From Stegostoma tigrinum (taxonomy: Eukaryota): DNA of 64,000 nucleotides. Numbering within the stretch: position 1 is the first letter of the stretch; each line of letters begins with the position of its first letter. Below are positions 63,057-64,000 of the stretch, in pieces. A program made the position numbers and the translations under genes. The DNA is taken from the NCBI RefSeq assembly GCF_030684315.1, contig NC_081374.1, forward strand, positions 12,202,837 through 12,266,836, in the 5' to 3' direction. Below the pieces are notes generated by a model. The model had not been told where the DNA came from. It saw only the letters and a program-made list of their open reading frames with translations, and did not search any database.

Positions 63057-63090
63057 CTGATGAAGAGTCATCTGGACTCGAAACTTAGCT
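63057..63090 (+). ncRNA. Hammerhead-like core in short PLE-related repeat
   Basis: CTGATGA-AGAGTC-ATCTG-GACTC-GAAA-CTTA with a 5-bp stem II (GAGTC/GACTC). Confidence 0.45.
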
Positions 63091-63469
63091 TGCTTTCTCC
63101 CCATGGCCCACTGTCATTTCCGGTAACAAGGTGTAGCGCTGGATGAACACAGCAGGCCACGCAGCATCAGAGGAGCAGAAAAGCTGACGTTTCGGGCCTA
63201 GAGCCTTCTGAAAAAGTGATCTCCAGCATTTTTTTCTGTTCTCAGTTAATGCTAGTAACATTCAGGTTCCCCTTGTAAGTGAAAGCCATAAAATAATCAT
63301 TGATAGTCCTAAAATAATTGGCATTATTAGGTGTGACACCATAATATCTTGGCTATGACTAGTCATAATCCTCAACCCACCAATATTCACCCTGAAACCA
63401 CAGATGGATTCCTGTTGTTGAAAAAGATGCAGCCAGGCTCCCGCTTTTAACAGACATGCTCTGTCCCAT

Positions 63470-64000
63470 AGGAACATAGAAACACTGGAACAGGAGTGGC
63501 CTATTCAGCTACCATTCAATACAATCATGGCTGATTAATTTTTTAATATCTTGTCTGTATAACCCTACATGTTGTTGGTAAGCAGAAATCTGTCAATCTC
63601 TACCTTAAACATTAGACAATAGACAATACGTGCAGGAGTAGGCCATTCTGCTCTTTGAGCTAGCACCACCATTCGTTACGATCATGGCTGATTATCCACA
63701 ATCAGTATCCTGTTCAAATATTGTCAAATATTGAACTCCCACAGTCCCATGTTGTAGAGAATTCCAAAGGGTAAAAACCCTCTGAGTAAACCCTTCACCC
63801 AGAGATTTGTGAGCGTATGGAATAGTTTACCAGTGGTAGTCGTGGAAGTGGAGTCATTAGTGACACTTAAGCGACTGCTGGACAAGCACATGGACTGCAG
63901 TGAATTGAGGGGAATGTAGGTGAGGTTATTTTATTTTTGGATTAGGATTATTCCATGGCACAACATCATGGGCCGAAGGGCCTGTACTGTGCTGTACTTT
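63470..64000. mobile_element. CR1-type 3' UTR fragments (minus then plus)
   Basis: GGAGTAGGCCATTC on minus-type tails and a GGGCCGAAGGGCCTGTACTGTGCTGTAC plus tail. Confidence 0.75.

Noticed and set aside
1036-63210. Recurring GCTGGATGAACACAGCAGGCCAAGCAGCATC motif as a CRISPR-like array
   Set aside because: Dispersed, in both orientations, TSD-flanked and continuous with the Penelope 3' end; the context is eukaryotic.

Overview
Vertebrate genomic DNA, most likely from a shark or other cartilaginous fish. This is inferred from HE1-type tRNA-derived SINEs, a Deu-domain SINE, and abundant CR1 LINE and Penelope-like (PLE) elements. Among the repeats lies a + strand tandem cluster of intron-containing CD300/CMRF35/pIgR-like Ig V-type receptor genes, which I rebuilt by hand from splice signals and phase matching. 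Gene A (3' part only): stalk 1970-2030, uncharged TM 7172-7278, and Tyr-motif tail exons at 9086-9141 and about 13.4-13.9 kb. Gene B: leader 29073-29112, V 32355-32672, stalk 34315-34423, Arg-containing activating-type TM 39213-39453. It is inactivated by ATG>TTG and an in-frame TGA. Gene C: leader 43442-43481, V 46710-47027, stalk 49403-49511, uncharged TM 59062-59192, with tail exons running off the window. It appears intact. B and C share an almost identical promoter-leader-V-stalk cassette but have opposite-type TM modules, so they look like an activating/inhibitory paired-receptor couple. The duplication pattern suggests B arose as a chimera and was later patchily homogenised with C. Also present: a dead second activating TM exon, an orphan leader with an immune-type promoter, a ~1 kb inverted duplication bracketing gene A's stalk exon, and many short fold-back PLE inserts with long TSDs and hammerhead-ribozyme cores. 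All exon models and identity estimates are by eye; no alignment or database search was run.
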